In this document: piece by piece, positions 1 through 8,171 of the stretch
Layout: every line of letters starts with the position of its first letter
How positions within the stretch are numbered: the first letter of the stretch is position 1
Source: an uncultured virus (IMG/VR IMGVR_UViG_3300028393_000050)
Taxonomy: Duplodnaviria; Heunggongvirae; Uroviricota; Caudoviricetes
Length of the DNA stretch: 20,000 nt
IMG/VR virus record: IMGVR_UViG_3300028393_000050
Direction: 5' to 3' (one strand)
Notes under the pieces: model-generated
Database searches by the model: none
Seen by the model: only the letters and a program-made list of their open reading frames with translations
Told to the model about the DNA's origin: nothing
Made by a program: the position numbers and the translations under genes

Positions 1-120
1 TGGAAGTTAGATGCATCTGCTGCATCTGCCGTAGTCAGTGCCTCAGAGGTTTACGCTCGCGGGCTAATCAAAGAGCACTCCTTTGAAGAGCTCGATGAAA
101 TCGCGGATTCTTTAATCTAG
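1..120 (+). CDS. 3' end of an upstream gene (WKLDASAASAVVSASEVYARGLIKEHSFEELDEIADSLI*), possibly a ssDNA-binding protein
   Basis: Frame 1 is open from the window edge to TAG at 118-120 with an acidic C-terminus. The SSB guess rests only on its position before the polymerase. Confidence 0.6.
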   Translation, partial: WKLDASAASAVVSASEVYARGLIKEHSFEELDEIADSLI

Positions 121-126
121 ATTCAG

Positions 127-171
127 TAGCAATAGGCGGGGACTTGACATCCCCGCCTATTACGCTATTGT
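127..171 (+). promoter_or_regulatory. 12-bp inverted repeat with a TTGACA -35 in its loop and a TATTGT -10 16 nt downstream
   Basis: AATAGGCGGGGA (131-142) pairs with TCCCCGCCTATT (150-161); loop CTTGACA with TTGACA at 144-149; TATTGT at 166-171; GGAG at 172-175 before ATG 181. Confidence 0.55.
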
Positions 172-180
172 GGAGATATT

Positions 181-2163
181 ATGAATATTATTACTACTGC
201 TGAACAACTTGCCGAGATGGTAGATTTTTACTTAACTCAAGATGCCTTTGCCTACGATGTTGAAACTGTTGGTCCACGCCGAGGCATGACTCCTGTAAAT
301 GAAGTCTTATGGATTACATTTGCAACTAACGGCCGATGTGACGTTATCCCTATGGGACATCCACACGGTGATTTTATTGAAGAAGTTTTTCCGCTTACTG
401 GTCAGGGCGAAGTGCGTAAGGAAAAAGGGCTTACCCTTAGACTTAGCGATTATAGCCGTGACTCAAAGAAAGCAACCAAAGTATTTGGGGCTGCTCCAGA
501 GCAGCTGTATCCAGCTGAAGTTTTTAAAATGCTAGAGCCGTTGATGTTTAACGAAAACATACTTACCATCGGACATAATTTAGTGTTTGACCTCACATCA
601 GTTGCAAAATACTACGGTGGACGTGTTCCTGCTGGACCTTACTTTGACACCATGATTGCGTCTTTTATTTCAGACAACCGTAATAAGAATAAGTGCGGTC
701 TTGCTGACTGCCTTAAGCGTGAGTTTGGGTATGAAATGGAAAAAGGTGTTGGTAAAGAAGTTGAGGTTTATGACTTTAATACCGTTGCTAAATACGCTTA
801 TCTAGACTCTAAGTACACTTTCTTATTGTGGAAATCTCTTGTACCTAAATTAGCCGCCGGTGACCTTAACCGCGTGTTTGCGCTAGAGATGGATGTCTTG
901 CGCGTTCTATGTGATATGAAACTAACTGGTGCACTTATTGACACCGTGTCTTTAGAGCAGTTAAAGATTGATTTAGAATCTAAGGTAGATGAAGCACGCG
1001 CTAGTATTTATAAAGCTGCCGGTCGTGAGTTTAACATCAACTCTAATCAAGAAAAGCAAGTTTTGCTTTACGGTGCTAAAGAAGACGGCGGTCGCGGGTT
1101 AAAGGCTAAGATACTTACTACTAAAGGTAGTCAAAAAGATAAAGAAGGCGGAGACTTGTCTCAGTCAGATTACTCAGTTTCTGCTGAGGCTTTAGAGCCT
1201 TATCGCGATAAAGACCCTCTAGTTACAGCCATGCTGGAATATGCTGACTATAATAAGCTTCTTTCTACTTATGTTATTCCGTATTTAGGTGGAGAGATTG
1301 AGCGCACAACTTCCGGCAAGACTCGTATAGAGACTAAAGAAACTTTACTAATCAATGGTAGACTTCACGGTGACTTTGTCCAACACGGAGCTGAGACAGG
1401 TCGTTTTTCAAGCCGTAATCCTAATCTACAGAACGTACCCGCACCACATACTGCGCATGGTAAAGCTATTCGTAACTTGTTTACGGCACCGCCAGGATAT
1501 AAATTAGTTGTTGCCGACTACTCACAGATTGAGCCAAGAGTAATTGCTTCATTCTCAGAAGACCCAATTATGATGGATAACTACTTAGAAGGCAAAGATA
1601 TCTATACAACCATTGGTGATACCATGGGCGTAGACCGTAAAGCAGGTAAAGTGCTGGTGCTTGCTATGGCATATGGTGTAGGTCCAGATAAGATTGCCGC
1701 ATCTATTGGGTGTACTAAAACTGAGGCTAAAGACTTGCTAGATCGATTTGCTAAAGAATTCCCTGCGATTTCTGCGTATCGTTCTAAAGTTATTTTAGCT
1801 ACTCGTGCAGGTAAACCAGTTCCTTATGTAAAAACATTAACTGGACGTCGTCGTTATTTACCTGAGATTATGTCTAGAGATAATGGGTTCCGCGCTGGGG
1901 CTGAACGTCAGGCATTTAATACCAAGATTCAAGGAAGTGCCGCAGACATAATTAAGATTGCCATGGTTCGCGCTTGGACAATGATACCAAAAGAAGCTAA
2001 GATAATACTTACTGTTCACGATGAATTGGTACTAACTACTCCAGCAGAGTTGGCAGAAGAAACCGCAGAGAAACTGCGTGAGGCTATGGAGGATATACAA
2101 GTGTTAAAAGTTCCGTTAATTGCAGACATTAAAATCGTAGATAAATGGGGAGAGGCAAAATAA
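181..2163 (+). CDS. polA: Family A DNA polymerase with 3'-5' exonuclease domain and no 5'-3' exonuclease domain
   Basis: ExoI YDVET, ExoII GHNLVFDL, ExoIII YAYLD; TGRFSSRNPNLQNVP; motif A ADYSQIEPR; motif B RKAGKVLVLAMAYG; RQAFNTKIQGSAADIIK; motif C VHDEL. Confidence 0.97.
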   Translation: MNIITTAEQLAEMVDFYLTQDAFAYDVETVGPRRGMTPVNEVLWITFATNGRCDVIPMGHPHGDFIEEVFPLTGQGEVRKEKGLTLRLSDYSRDSKKATKVFGAAPEQLYPAEVFKMLEPLMFNENILTIGHNLVFDLTSVAKYYGGRVPAGPYFDTMIASFISDNRNKNKCGLADCLKREFGYEMEKGVGKEVEVYDFNTVAKYAYLDSKYTFLLWKSLVPKLAAGDLNRVFALEMDVLRVLCDMKLTGALIDTVSLEQLKIDLESKVDEARASIYKAAGREFNINSNQEKQVLLYGAKEDGGRGLKAKILTTKGSQKDKEGGDLSQSDYSVSAEALEPYRDKDPLVTAMLEYADYNKLLSTYVIPYLGGEIERTTSGKTRIETKETLLINGRLHGDFVQHGAETGRFSSRNPNLQNVPAPHTAHGKAIRNLFTAPPGYKLVVADYSQIEPRVIASFSEDPIMMDNYLEGKDIYTTIGDTMGVDRKAGKVLVLAMAYGVGPDKIAASIGCTKTEAKDLLDRFAKEFPAISAYRSKVILATRAGKPVPYVKTLTGRRRYLPEIMSRDNGFRAGAERQAFNTKIQGSAADIIKIAMVRAWTMIPKEAKIILTVHDELVLTTPAELAEETAEKLREAMEDIQVLKVPLIADIKIVDKWGEAK

Positions 2164-2618
2164 TGACAGATTGGCCTATTGGACACGAAGATGATGACTT
2201 TGAAAAGATAAGTAAAATACCAGTTAGTACTTTATTTCGTTGGTTTTTATACGACATCAGTAGTGATGACGCTCATTTATATTCACATATCTTTGATTTA
2301 ACTCCAGTTAGTGAAGAAGGGGATATTAAAGAGCACGCTGATTCAGATGCTAGAGTTGAAAATATAGCGCAAATAACCCCTTTGCTAACTTTTTACGCTA
2401 CTGCGACCGCTGAATTTGCTTTTAATTTGCATAAACTTAAAATGACTAAATTAGACGGAATTACAGATGATATGATAGATGCCTCAGAAGAGCCATTTAA
2501 AGACTTTTATTATCATATGATTTTTGCGGGATTGCTGGGTTCTTTCTCAGCCTTGAAAGAACTAGATATAATTAAATTAAATAGCACTCATACCAGCATT
2601 GAAGAAGGAGAATTATGA
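2163..2618 (+). CDS. Hypothetical acidic protein; start probably ATG 2163
   Basis: TAATG stop/start overlap with the polymerase and ATGA overlap with the next gene. Confidence 0.75.
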   Translation: MTDWPIGHEDDDFEKISKIPVSTLFRWFLYDISSDDAHLYSHIFDLTPVSEEGDIKEHADSDARVENIAQITPLLTFYATATAEFAFNLHKLKMTKLDGITDDMIDASEEPFKDFYYHMIFAGLLGSFSALKELDIIKLNSTHTSIEEGEL

Positions 2619-3034
2619 GTAATTGGTGGGCAGATAAACTAGGTACACCTAGACAGCCACAGCAACTAAGATTACCCGAACAACAGGTTCCTGTAACTAA
2701 TCCAGGCGTAGCCCCGCAGTACCCGGGTTACACGCCTAATCAAGGTTATCCACCTGTTACTCAACAGCCTCCTTATAACCCTGAGCTAGCTGGTCGTACG
2801 CTTCCGGCTAGTGCGGTAAATGCCAGTCGCTGTCCTAACTGCTCTAGCGGTAATTACGGAAAGATGACTGTAGAAACAGCGGCTCGTTGCTATGACTGCG
2901 GCTATCCAATTCAGCAATCTGGTTCAGGTATGCCGGGAGTTAGAATTCCAAGTAGCGGTAATACTGAGGCCACTAAGCAAGTAAGCACCGCAAATAATTT
3001 CAACCCTAATACTATTATCGACAGGATTGGTTAA
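2615..3034 (+). CDS. Pro/Gln-rich protein with a CxxC...CxxC zinc ribbon
   Basis: RCPNCSSGNY...RCYDCGYP; AAGGAG RBS; coupled to both neighbours. Confidence 0.8.
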   Translation: MSNWWADKLGTPRQPQQLRLPEQQVPVTNPGVAPQYPGYTPNQGYPPVTQQPPYNPELAGRTLPASAVNASRCPNCSSGNYGKMTVETAARCYDCGYPIQQSGSGMPGVRIPSSGNTEATKQVSTANNFNPNTIIDRIG

Positions 3035-4047
3035 TGTCACTTCAAAAAGTTCTAGCGCAAATCAATAAAAAGTACGGCGAAAACACCGTTGTACTAGCGT
3101 CAGAAGTAGCTGCACCAACTCGTTTTACATCAGGTTCACTTTCGCTAGATATGATTTTGGGTGGTGGGTGGCCAACTAATCAGTGGCACGAAATTATTGG
3201 TGAAGCCAGTAATGGTAAAACCGCATTGGCACTTAAGACAATTGCATCTAATCAAAAGCGTGACCCTAACTTCACAACTATTTGGATTGCTGCCGAACAG
3301 TGGGTCCCAGAGTATGCAGAGATGTGTGGTGTAGATGCTACACGCGTTCACGTATTTACCAGCAACGTCATGGAAACCGCTTTGACAGCCGTTCTAGAGT
3401 TCATTGAGACTAAAGAAGTAGACTGCGTGGTTATTGACTCACTTCCAGCACTCGTGCCTTCAGCAGAAGACGAGAAAGAAATGGATGAGTTTACTGTAGG
3501 TCGTGGAGCTATGCTTATGGGCAAGTTCTTCCGCAAGATGGAAAAGGCAGGTAAGCGTGACCTACTAGGTGGCGAACGCCCATTCATCGGCCTAATCATT
3601 AACCAGTTTCGTATGAAGATTGGTGTTATGTATGGTGACCCTCGTACTACTCCAGGTGGTGAGGCTAAAAATTATTTCTTCTTTACTCGTATTGACGTTA
3701 AGCGCGATGAGTGGATTGAGATTGGCACAGGTCAGGAAAAGCGTAAGGTAGGTCAAACTATCAAGTTCCAAACCAGAAAGAACAAGTCAGCTCCTCCGGG
3801 ACAAACCGCATTTGTAGACTTTTACTTTGACGACGGCTCAGGTATTGATAAAGGCGAATATGACTTCGCTAAAGAAATTGTATCCCTAGCAATTATCAAT
3901 AAGATTGTTACGCGTGCCGGCGCTTATTACCGTTACTCGGAACGTCAGTGGCAGGGTGCAGATGCCTTGCTTAATTCAATTCGAGAAGAAGTTGATTTGC
4001 AAGACCAATTAACTAAAGATGTGATGGGTACTCTAAAGCTTGGCTAA
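3034..4047 (+). CDS. recA: RecA/UvsX-like recombinase
   Basis: SGSLSLDMILGGGWP; Walker A GEASNGKT; Walker B VVIDSLPAL; INQFRMKIGVMYGDPRTTPGGEA; KNKSAPP; GAYY. Confidence 0.95.
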   Translation: MSLQKVLAQINKKYGENTVVLASEVAAPTRFTSGSLSLDMILGGGWPTNQWHEIIGEASNGKTALALKTIASNQKRDPNFTTIWIAAEQWVPEYAEMCGVDATRVHVFTSNVMETALTAVLEFIETKEVDCVVIDSLPALVPSAEDEKEMDEFTVGRGAMLMGKFFRKMEKAGKRDLLGGERPFIGLIINQFRMKIGVMYGDPRTTPGGEAKNYFFFTRIDVKRDEWIEIGTGQEKRKVGQTIKFQTRKNKSAPPGQTAFVDFYFDDGSGIDKGEYDFAKEIVSLAIINKIVTRAGAYYRYSERQWQGADALLNSIREEVDLQDQLTKDVMGTLKLG

Positions 4048-4384
4048 ATCAGAAGGTCAGAAACAATCCCTTAAGCATGAGAAACGTCTTGCTAAAGCCG
4101 TCGGAGGACAACGTAATGTTGCCTCCGGCGCTTTTTGGTTTCGTAAAGGTGACGTACGGTCACAAGACTTGCTTATTGAGCATAAATGGACCGGTAAGAA
4201 GTCTTTTACCCTTAAGTCAGATATCCTAGAGAAGATAACTACAGAGGCCCTCCTAGACAGTCGTACGCCCGTTTTGGGCATAAGCTTAAATGAGGTTAAT
4301 TACGTGGTTATGGACGAAAATGACTTTTTGACAATGAGAGAATTTCTGTTACAATGTATAGAGGAGCACACGGAAGAGAAATAG
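4040..4384 (+). CDS. Small PD-(D/E)xK endonuclease, Hjc/Holliday-junction-resolvase-like (TTG start)
   Basis: HEKRLAK...SGA...KGDV...LIEHK gives the E...(P/G)D...ExK pattern. Confidence 0.75.
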   Translation: MAKSEGQKQSLKHEKRLAKAVGGQRNVASGAFWFRKGDVRSQDLLIEHKWTGKKSFTLKSDILEKITTEALLDSRTPVLGISLNEVNYVVMDENDFLTMREFLLQCIEEHTEEK

Positions 4385-4403
4385 CTCATTATTAGGAGAT
4401 TAC

Positions 4404-4778
4404 TTGTCTAACCCGTTTGTCAATTTATTTACAGAACCTGAACCTTGGGAATATCAAGCTAAATGCGGTACGCGTGTTTACAAAGAAGAAACTAAAGAAT
4501 ACGTAAATGTTTACGACCCCGATCTTTGGTTTCCGCCTAGAGATAAGGCTTTATACAAACCAATAGCTGATAAGGCTAAATCAATTTGTTTTGGGCGCGA
4601 TGGCCGACCAGAATGCCCAGTTAGACTTCAATGTTTAATGGCAGCAGATAAACGTGATGAAGTGCACGGCATCATGGGAGGTATGAGTCACCGTGAAAGA
4701 AACGCTTTAAAACGTAAAGCTGAAAAACAAGGAACTACTTTAGAAGAACTTGCTAAAAAATCTAGTAGACATTCCTAA
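4404..4778 (+). CDS. whiB: WhiB-family (Wbl) Fe-S transcription factor, atypical
   Basis: W..QAKC...DPDLWFP...AKSIC...CPVRLQCL...HGIMGGMSHRERNAL; AGGAG RBS before the TTG start. Confidence 0.88.
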   Translation: MSNPFVNLFTEPEPWEYQAKCGTRVYKEETKEYVNVYDPDLWFPPRDKALYKPIADKAKSICFGRDGRPECPVRLQCLMAADKRDEVHGIMGGMSHRERNALKRKAEKQGTTLEELAKKSSRHS

Positions 4779-4794
4779 GAAAGTGTGTTATGTT
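4766..4794 (+). promoter_or_regulatory. Putative sigma70/SigA-type promoter with extended -10
   Basis: TAGACA (4766-4771), 17-nt spacer, TATGTT (4789-4794) preceded by TGn; GGAGG at 4801-4805. Confidence 0.5.
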
Positions 4795-4814
4795 TCTCAT
4801 GGAGGAAATAAAAC

Positions 4815-5690
4815 ATGCCAGAGAAAAAACTAAAAAAAATACCAGCAGGTGCATTAAAAAGCTTTGTAGATGCCGGTAAATCAACCACAAGAGTGATTAG
4901 CAAAGTAGAACGCTTTGTACTATCGCAACCTATAGATAATTCCAGATCGTTTAACGGTCTGCACCCATCTGCCATGGTTAGCCCTTATTGGTGCCATCGT
5001 GCGTCTTACTTTCATTTAAAAGGTAATCATCCTACACCAGAAGCTCGCCAGTTTAAGCGCGAACTTATATTTGCGCAAGGTCACGGTATTCACGCTACTT
5101 GGCAAAATTGGTTTGGAGATATGGGCAAACTACATGGTGTTTGGGAATGTAAAAACTGCGGTGATAAACTTTGGGCAACCAGTCCAGAGGGTTGTAACGA
5201 ATGCAGTACACAAGGCAAAATGCGTTACAAAGAAGTGCCAGTAGAGCACGCACCATTAATGATTACCGGCCACTCAGATGGTTGGTTAAAAGGATTTGGC
5301 GATGACCTAATGCTAGAAATTAAGTCAGTAGGTGCCGGTACATTTATGTGGTACGACAGGTCTAACTGGTTTGCATCTAATCAGGATTTTGCTGAGGCAT
5401 GGAAAAACTTTAAATCACCTTTCGAAGCTCACGTAGCTCAAGTCCAGTTGTACATGAAAGTTTTAGAACTATCTGGACGTACGGATGTACCCCAAGAAGC
5501 CGTGCTTATTTATGAAGCAAAGCCTACACAGGATGTTAAAGAGTTTGTTGTTCGTAAAGATGATTGGGCAATTCAACCAATTATTGATGGGGCACAACTT
5601 GTGGTAGACTCACTAGGTAAGAACATCGCCCCAGACTGTAATGTCGGCGGAGCGCTAAAATGCAAACAATGCGGAGGGTTCAATGAGTAA
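4815..5690 (+). CDS. Cas4-like/RecB-family PD-(D/E)xK exonuclease with an inserted Zn ribbon
   Basis: HPS...WCHR, GHGIH, GHSDG...LEIKS, QVQLYM; C-terminal C...CKQC (1+3 Cys arrangement); internal CKNC...CNEC. Confidence 0.85.
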   Translation: MPEKKLKKIPAGALKSFVDAGKSTTRVISKVERFVLSQPIDNSRSFNGLHPSAMVSPYWCHRASYFHLKGNHPTPEARQFKRELIFAQGHGIHATWQNWFGDMGKLHGVWECKNCGDKLWATSPEGCNECSTQGKMRYKEVPVEHAPLMITGHSDGWLKGFGDDLMLEIKSVGAGTFMWYDRSNWFASNQDFAEAWKNFKSPFEAHVAQVQLYMKVLELSGRTDVPQEAVLIYEAKPTQDVKEFVVRKDDWAIQPIIDGAQLVVDSLGKNIAPDCNVGGALKCKQCGGFNE

Positions 5691-6186
5691 AACAACATTA
5701 ATTACAAACGACACTAGCAAGTACATCCTAGATATGTTGGATGAACAAGGTTTGATGGTAGACCGCGAAACATCTATGCCTAGACCACAGTTGCCTGCAG
5801 ACATCACAGAATTAGATGATGAAGACCTGATGCGTCTATATACGCATCTATCGGCCTATAGTGAATTTCTAAGTACGCAGTTAGCCTGTGCAATCATTGA
5901 TGAAAAAGATGCAGAGCGCAACAGAGACTATGCTGAGTCAGAGGCAATGCTGCGTCACCAAACAAACAACGCAAAAACCACAGTAACTATTATCAAGGCC
6001 TTGGTTGACGGCGACCCTACACTTGGAGAAGTGCGCCAAGAGGCCCTGGTAAAGTATTCGTATCGCAAAATGCTAGAGACCATGGTAAATAACTACGAAC
6101 GTAGCACCGCGGTCTGTAGCCGTGAGCTGACCCGTAGAACATCAAGCGATAACTTTAAGACCAGAAGTCGTAAGTTCACCGCATAA
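5683..6186 (+). CDS. Helical protein, possibly a UvsY-like recombination mediator
   Basis: All-helical/coiled-coil character ending in SRELTRR, located in the RecA/RuvC block. The family call is an inference. Confidence 0.45.
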   Translation: MSKTTLITNDTSKYILDMLDEQGLMVDRETSMPRPQLPADITELDDEDLMRLYTHLSAYSEFLSTQLACAIIDEKDAERNRDYAESEAMLRHQTNNAKTTVTIIKALVDGDPTLGEVRQEALVKYSYRKMLETMVNNYERSTAVCSRELTRRTSSDNFKTRSRKFTA

Positions 6187-6776
6187 TGGCAAAAGATAAA
6201 TTGCTTGGCAAACCCTTTCCTTGGGATTCTGACATAAAAAATATAGCCATTGGGATTGACCAGTCTTATTCTGGATTTGGAATAACCGTTATAAACGTAG
6301 ATAACGTTAGCAACTATTGGTCTATTACATTTAAAGCACAAGAAATGCACATTGACCGATTAGTTTGGGTTAAAGACAAATTAACTTATTTACTGACTGA
6401 AATGACAAAAGACAGAGATACAGTTACCGTGGCTATGGAAGGCTACGCATTCGGTACGACAATGGCGCATATGCTGGGTGAACTTGGTGCAATAGTAAAA
6501 CTAACCTGTTATGAAGTACTGGACAAGTTTGATGGCAAATACCCATACATTATTCCGCCAACAACCCTAAAAAAGTATGTAACCGGTAAAGGTACTGGAG
6601 TACAGAAAAACCAGATACTTCTAGCCGTATACAAAAAGTGGGGCGTAGAATTTACCGATGACAACATGGCGGATTCATATGCCTTAGCTATGCTAGCCGC
6701 AGGTAAGGGAGACCTTGCTTATGAACTAGAGATACTTCAAAAGATTAAAGGCCCAACGTTTAGAGAAAAACCTTAA
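6186..6776 (+). CDS. ruvC: RuvC-like Holliday junction resolvase
   Basis: IGIDQSYSGFG, AMEGYAF, LGELG, PPTTLKKYVTGKG, DDNMADSYALA. Confidence 0.88.
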   Translation: MAKDKLLGKPFPWDSDIKNIAIGIDQSYSGFGITVINVDNVSNYWSITFKAQEMHIDRLVWVKDKLTYLLTEMTKDRDTVTVAMEGYAFGTTMAHMLGELGAIVKLTCYEVLDKFDGKYPYIIPPTTLKKYVTGKGTGVQKNQILLAVYKKWGVEFTDDNMADSYALAMLAAGKGDLAYELEILQKIKGPTFREKP

Positions 6777-7045
6777 TGTTTATGGGCTTTGAAAATGCAA
6801 AAAAACGAACTGGATTTGCAGCTCGTATATTTGCCTATATTTTAGCTATGTACTCGTTAACAATAAAAAGACAAAATAAACAAATACATAATTTAAAAGG
6901 TCAACTTAAACCAATAGTTGACGAAAGAGAAAATATTGCTAAACTTTTAGAAGAAGGTATTTCACACCCTGCCACAGATTGTGATAACCTTTGTGAATCA
7001 CATTTACAAATTAGGTTTATTAGGCACTTAAACACAGAGGATTAA
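6776..7045 (+). CDS. Hypothetical protein
   Basis: TAATG coupling to ruvC; short hydrophobic stretch; C-terminal H...CxxxC..H. Confidence 0.65.
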   Translation: MFMGFENAKKRTGFAARIFAYILAMYSLTIKRQNKQIHNLKGQLKPIVDERENIAKLLEEGISHPATDCDNLCESHLQIRFIRHLNTED

Positions 7046-7046
7046 A

Positions 7047-7184
7047 ATGTTAGAAATAGTTGCATTAGTAGTGTTATTTGTATCCATTACTGTAGTTGTT
7101 ACTTTAGTATTGGCTGGAATAATGACACTAATTGGCGTTGTAAAAGGTATAGACTTAGAGCACCTTCACGACGATGAGGAATAA
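7047..7184 (+). CDS. 45-aa single-pass membrane protein (not in the ORF track)
   Basis: MLEIVALVVLFVSITVVVTLVLAGIMTLIGVVKGIDLEHLHDDEE*; GAGG RBS; starts 1 nt after the previous stop. Confidence 0.7.
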   Translation: MLEIVALVVLFVSITVVVTLVLAGIMTLIGVVKGIDLEHLHDDEE

Positions 7185-7335
7185 AAATTTACAAGGAACA
7201 GATTTAACTGGTTGGTGTATAACCGGCCACCACGATAACTGCCCAAAGACAGTTAAGCTATCAATGGGTACATTAACAGAAAAAATATGTGGCTGTGATT
7301 GTCACGAAAAACAAGGAGAAGAAAATGGCGTTTAA
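7174..7335 (+). CDS. 53-aa Cys/His-rich metal-binding protein (not in the ORF track)
   Basis: MRNKNLQGTDLTGWCITGHHDNCPKTVKLSMGTLTEKICGCDCHEKQGEENGV*; exactly fills the gap and overlaps both neighbours by 11 nt. Confidence 0.7.
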   Translation: MRNKNLQGTDLTGWCITGHHDNCPKTVKLSMGTLTEKICGCDCHEKQGEENGV

Positions 7336-7762
7336 ACCAGGAGACCCAGGAGATTTCAATGGCCTGTCAGAAGCAGCACGAGAATTTATCCGTAAATCCG
7401 GTCCTACTACAGAAGAGCTAAAAGCACAGGTACTTCAAGAAAACTTTGAAAATATGCTGGCTACAAAGTTCCTAGAGGCTGAAGAGCTGTTGGTTAAGAA
7501 GCATAAAGATTACGGACCAAAGAACATCAGCGAGAGCCCTGGCGGCCCCTTAAACGGCCTTAGAGTACGTATGCATGATAAGTTGGCTAGAATTAACCAC
7601 CTATACGACAGCGGTGCTACGCCTGAAAACGAAAGCCTACGGGACAGCTTCATTGACATGGCAAATTACTCAATTATTGCCCTTATGGTACTAGATGGTA
7701 ACTGGGATAACCGTGAAATTGGTGTAATGCCAGACATTAGAGAAAATTTGGATTGGACCTAG
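7325..7762 (+). CDS. DUF1599 / nucleotide-modification-associated domain 1 (MazG-like all-alpha) protein; start probably ATG 7325
   Basis: KKHKDYG...GLRVRMHDKLARI...ESLRDSFIDMANYSIIALM; AAGGAG RBS before 7325. Confidence 0.8.
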   Translation: MAFKPGDPGDFNGLSEAAREFIRKSGPTTEELKAQVLQENFENMLATKFLEAEELLVKKHKDYGPKNISESPGGPLNGLRVRMHDKLARINHLYDSGATPENESLRDSFIDMANYSIIALMVLDGNWDNREIGVMPDIRENLDWT

Positions 7763-7824
7763 ATTAGGCCTATTTTACCTTTATAGTAGTAATACGGGAG
7801 TAATAACTACAACCAGAGGTAATA

Positions 7825-8106
7825 ATGTCCGAATCACCAGATGATAATGTGTTGCGCGTAAGCGCATCCAGCAATCCGCAGTCCGTCGCATCCGCTATTG
7901 CTCATGCTATTTACGAAAAAGGTACTTGTAAAATTCGCGCCGTAGGCGCAGGTCCAGTAAACCAAGCCGTAAAAGCAATTGCAATTGCCAGTGGATACAC
8001 CGCCCCACGTGGAATAAGCCTAGTATGTGTACCAGGTTTCCAATCCATTGAGATCAACGGTGAAAACATCAGCGCAATTGTATTTAAAGTAAATTCAGTT
8101 AATTAA
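7825..8106 (+). CDS. spoVS: SpoVS-family (Alba-like fold) nucleic-acid-binding protein
   Basis: VLRVSASSNPQSVASAIA...IRAVGAGPVNQAVKAIAIASGYTAPRGISLVCVPGF closely follows the SpoVS signature (IQAIGAGALNQAVKAVAIARGFVAPSG). Confidence 0.9.
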   Translation: MSESPDDNVLRVSASSNPQSVASAIAHAIYEKGTCKIRAVGAGPVNQAVKAIAIASGYTAPRGISLVCVPGFQSIEINGENISAIVFKVNSVN

Positions 8107-8171
8107 GCATATTTGTTTAATTAACGGTATTGTTAAAGTATCAACCATCTTAGGCCAAAGAGGTAAAAATC

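Noticed and set aside
4815..5690. Cas4-like gene as evidence of a CRISPR-Cas system
   Set aside because: No repeat-spacer array or other cas genes are present; stand-alone Cas4-like nucleases are common in phage replication blocks.
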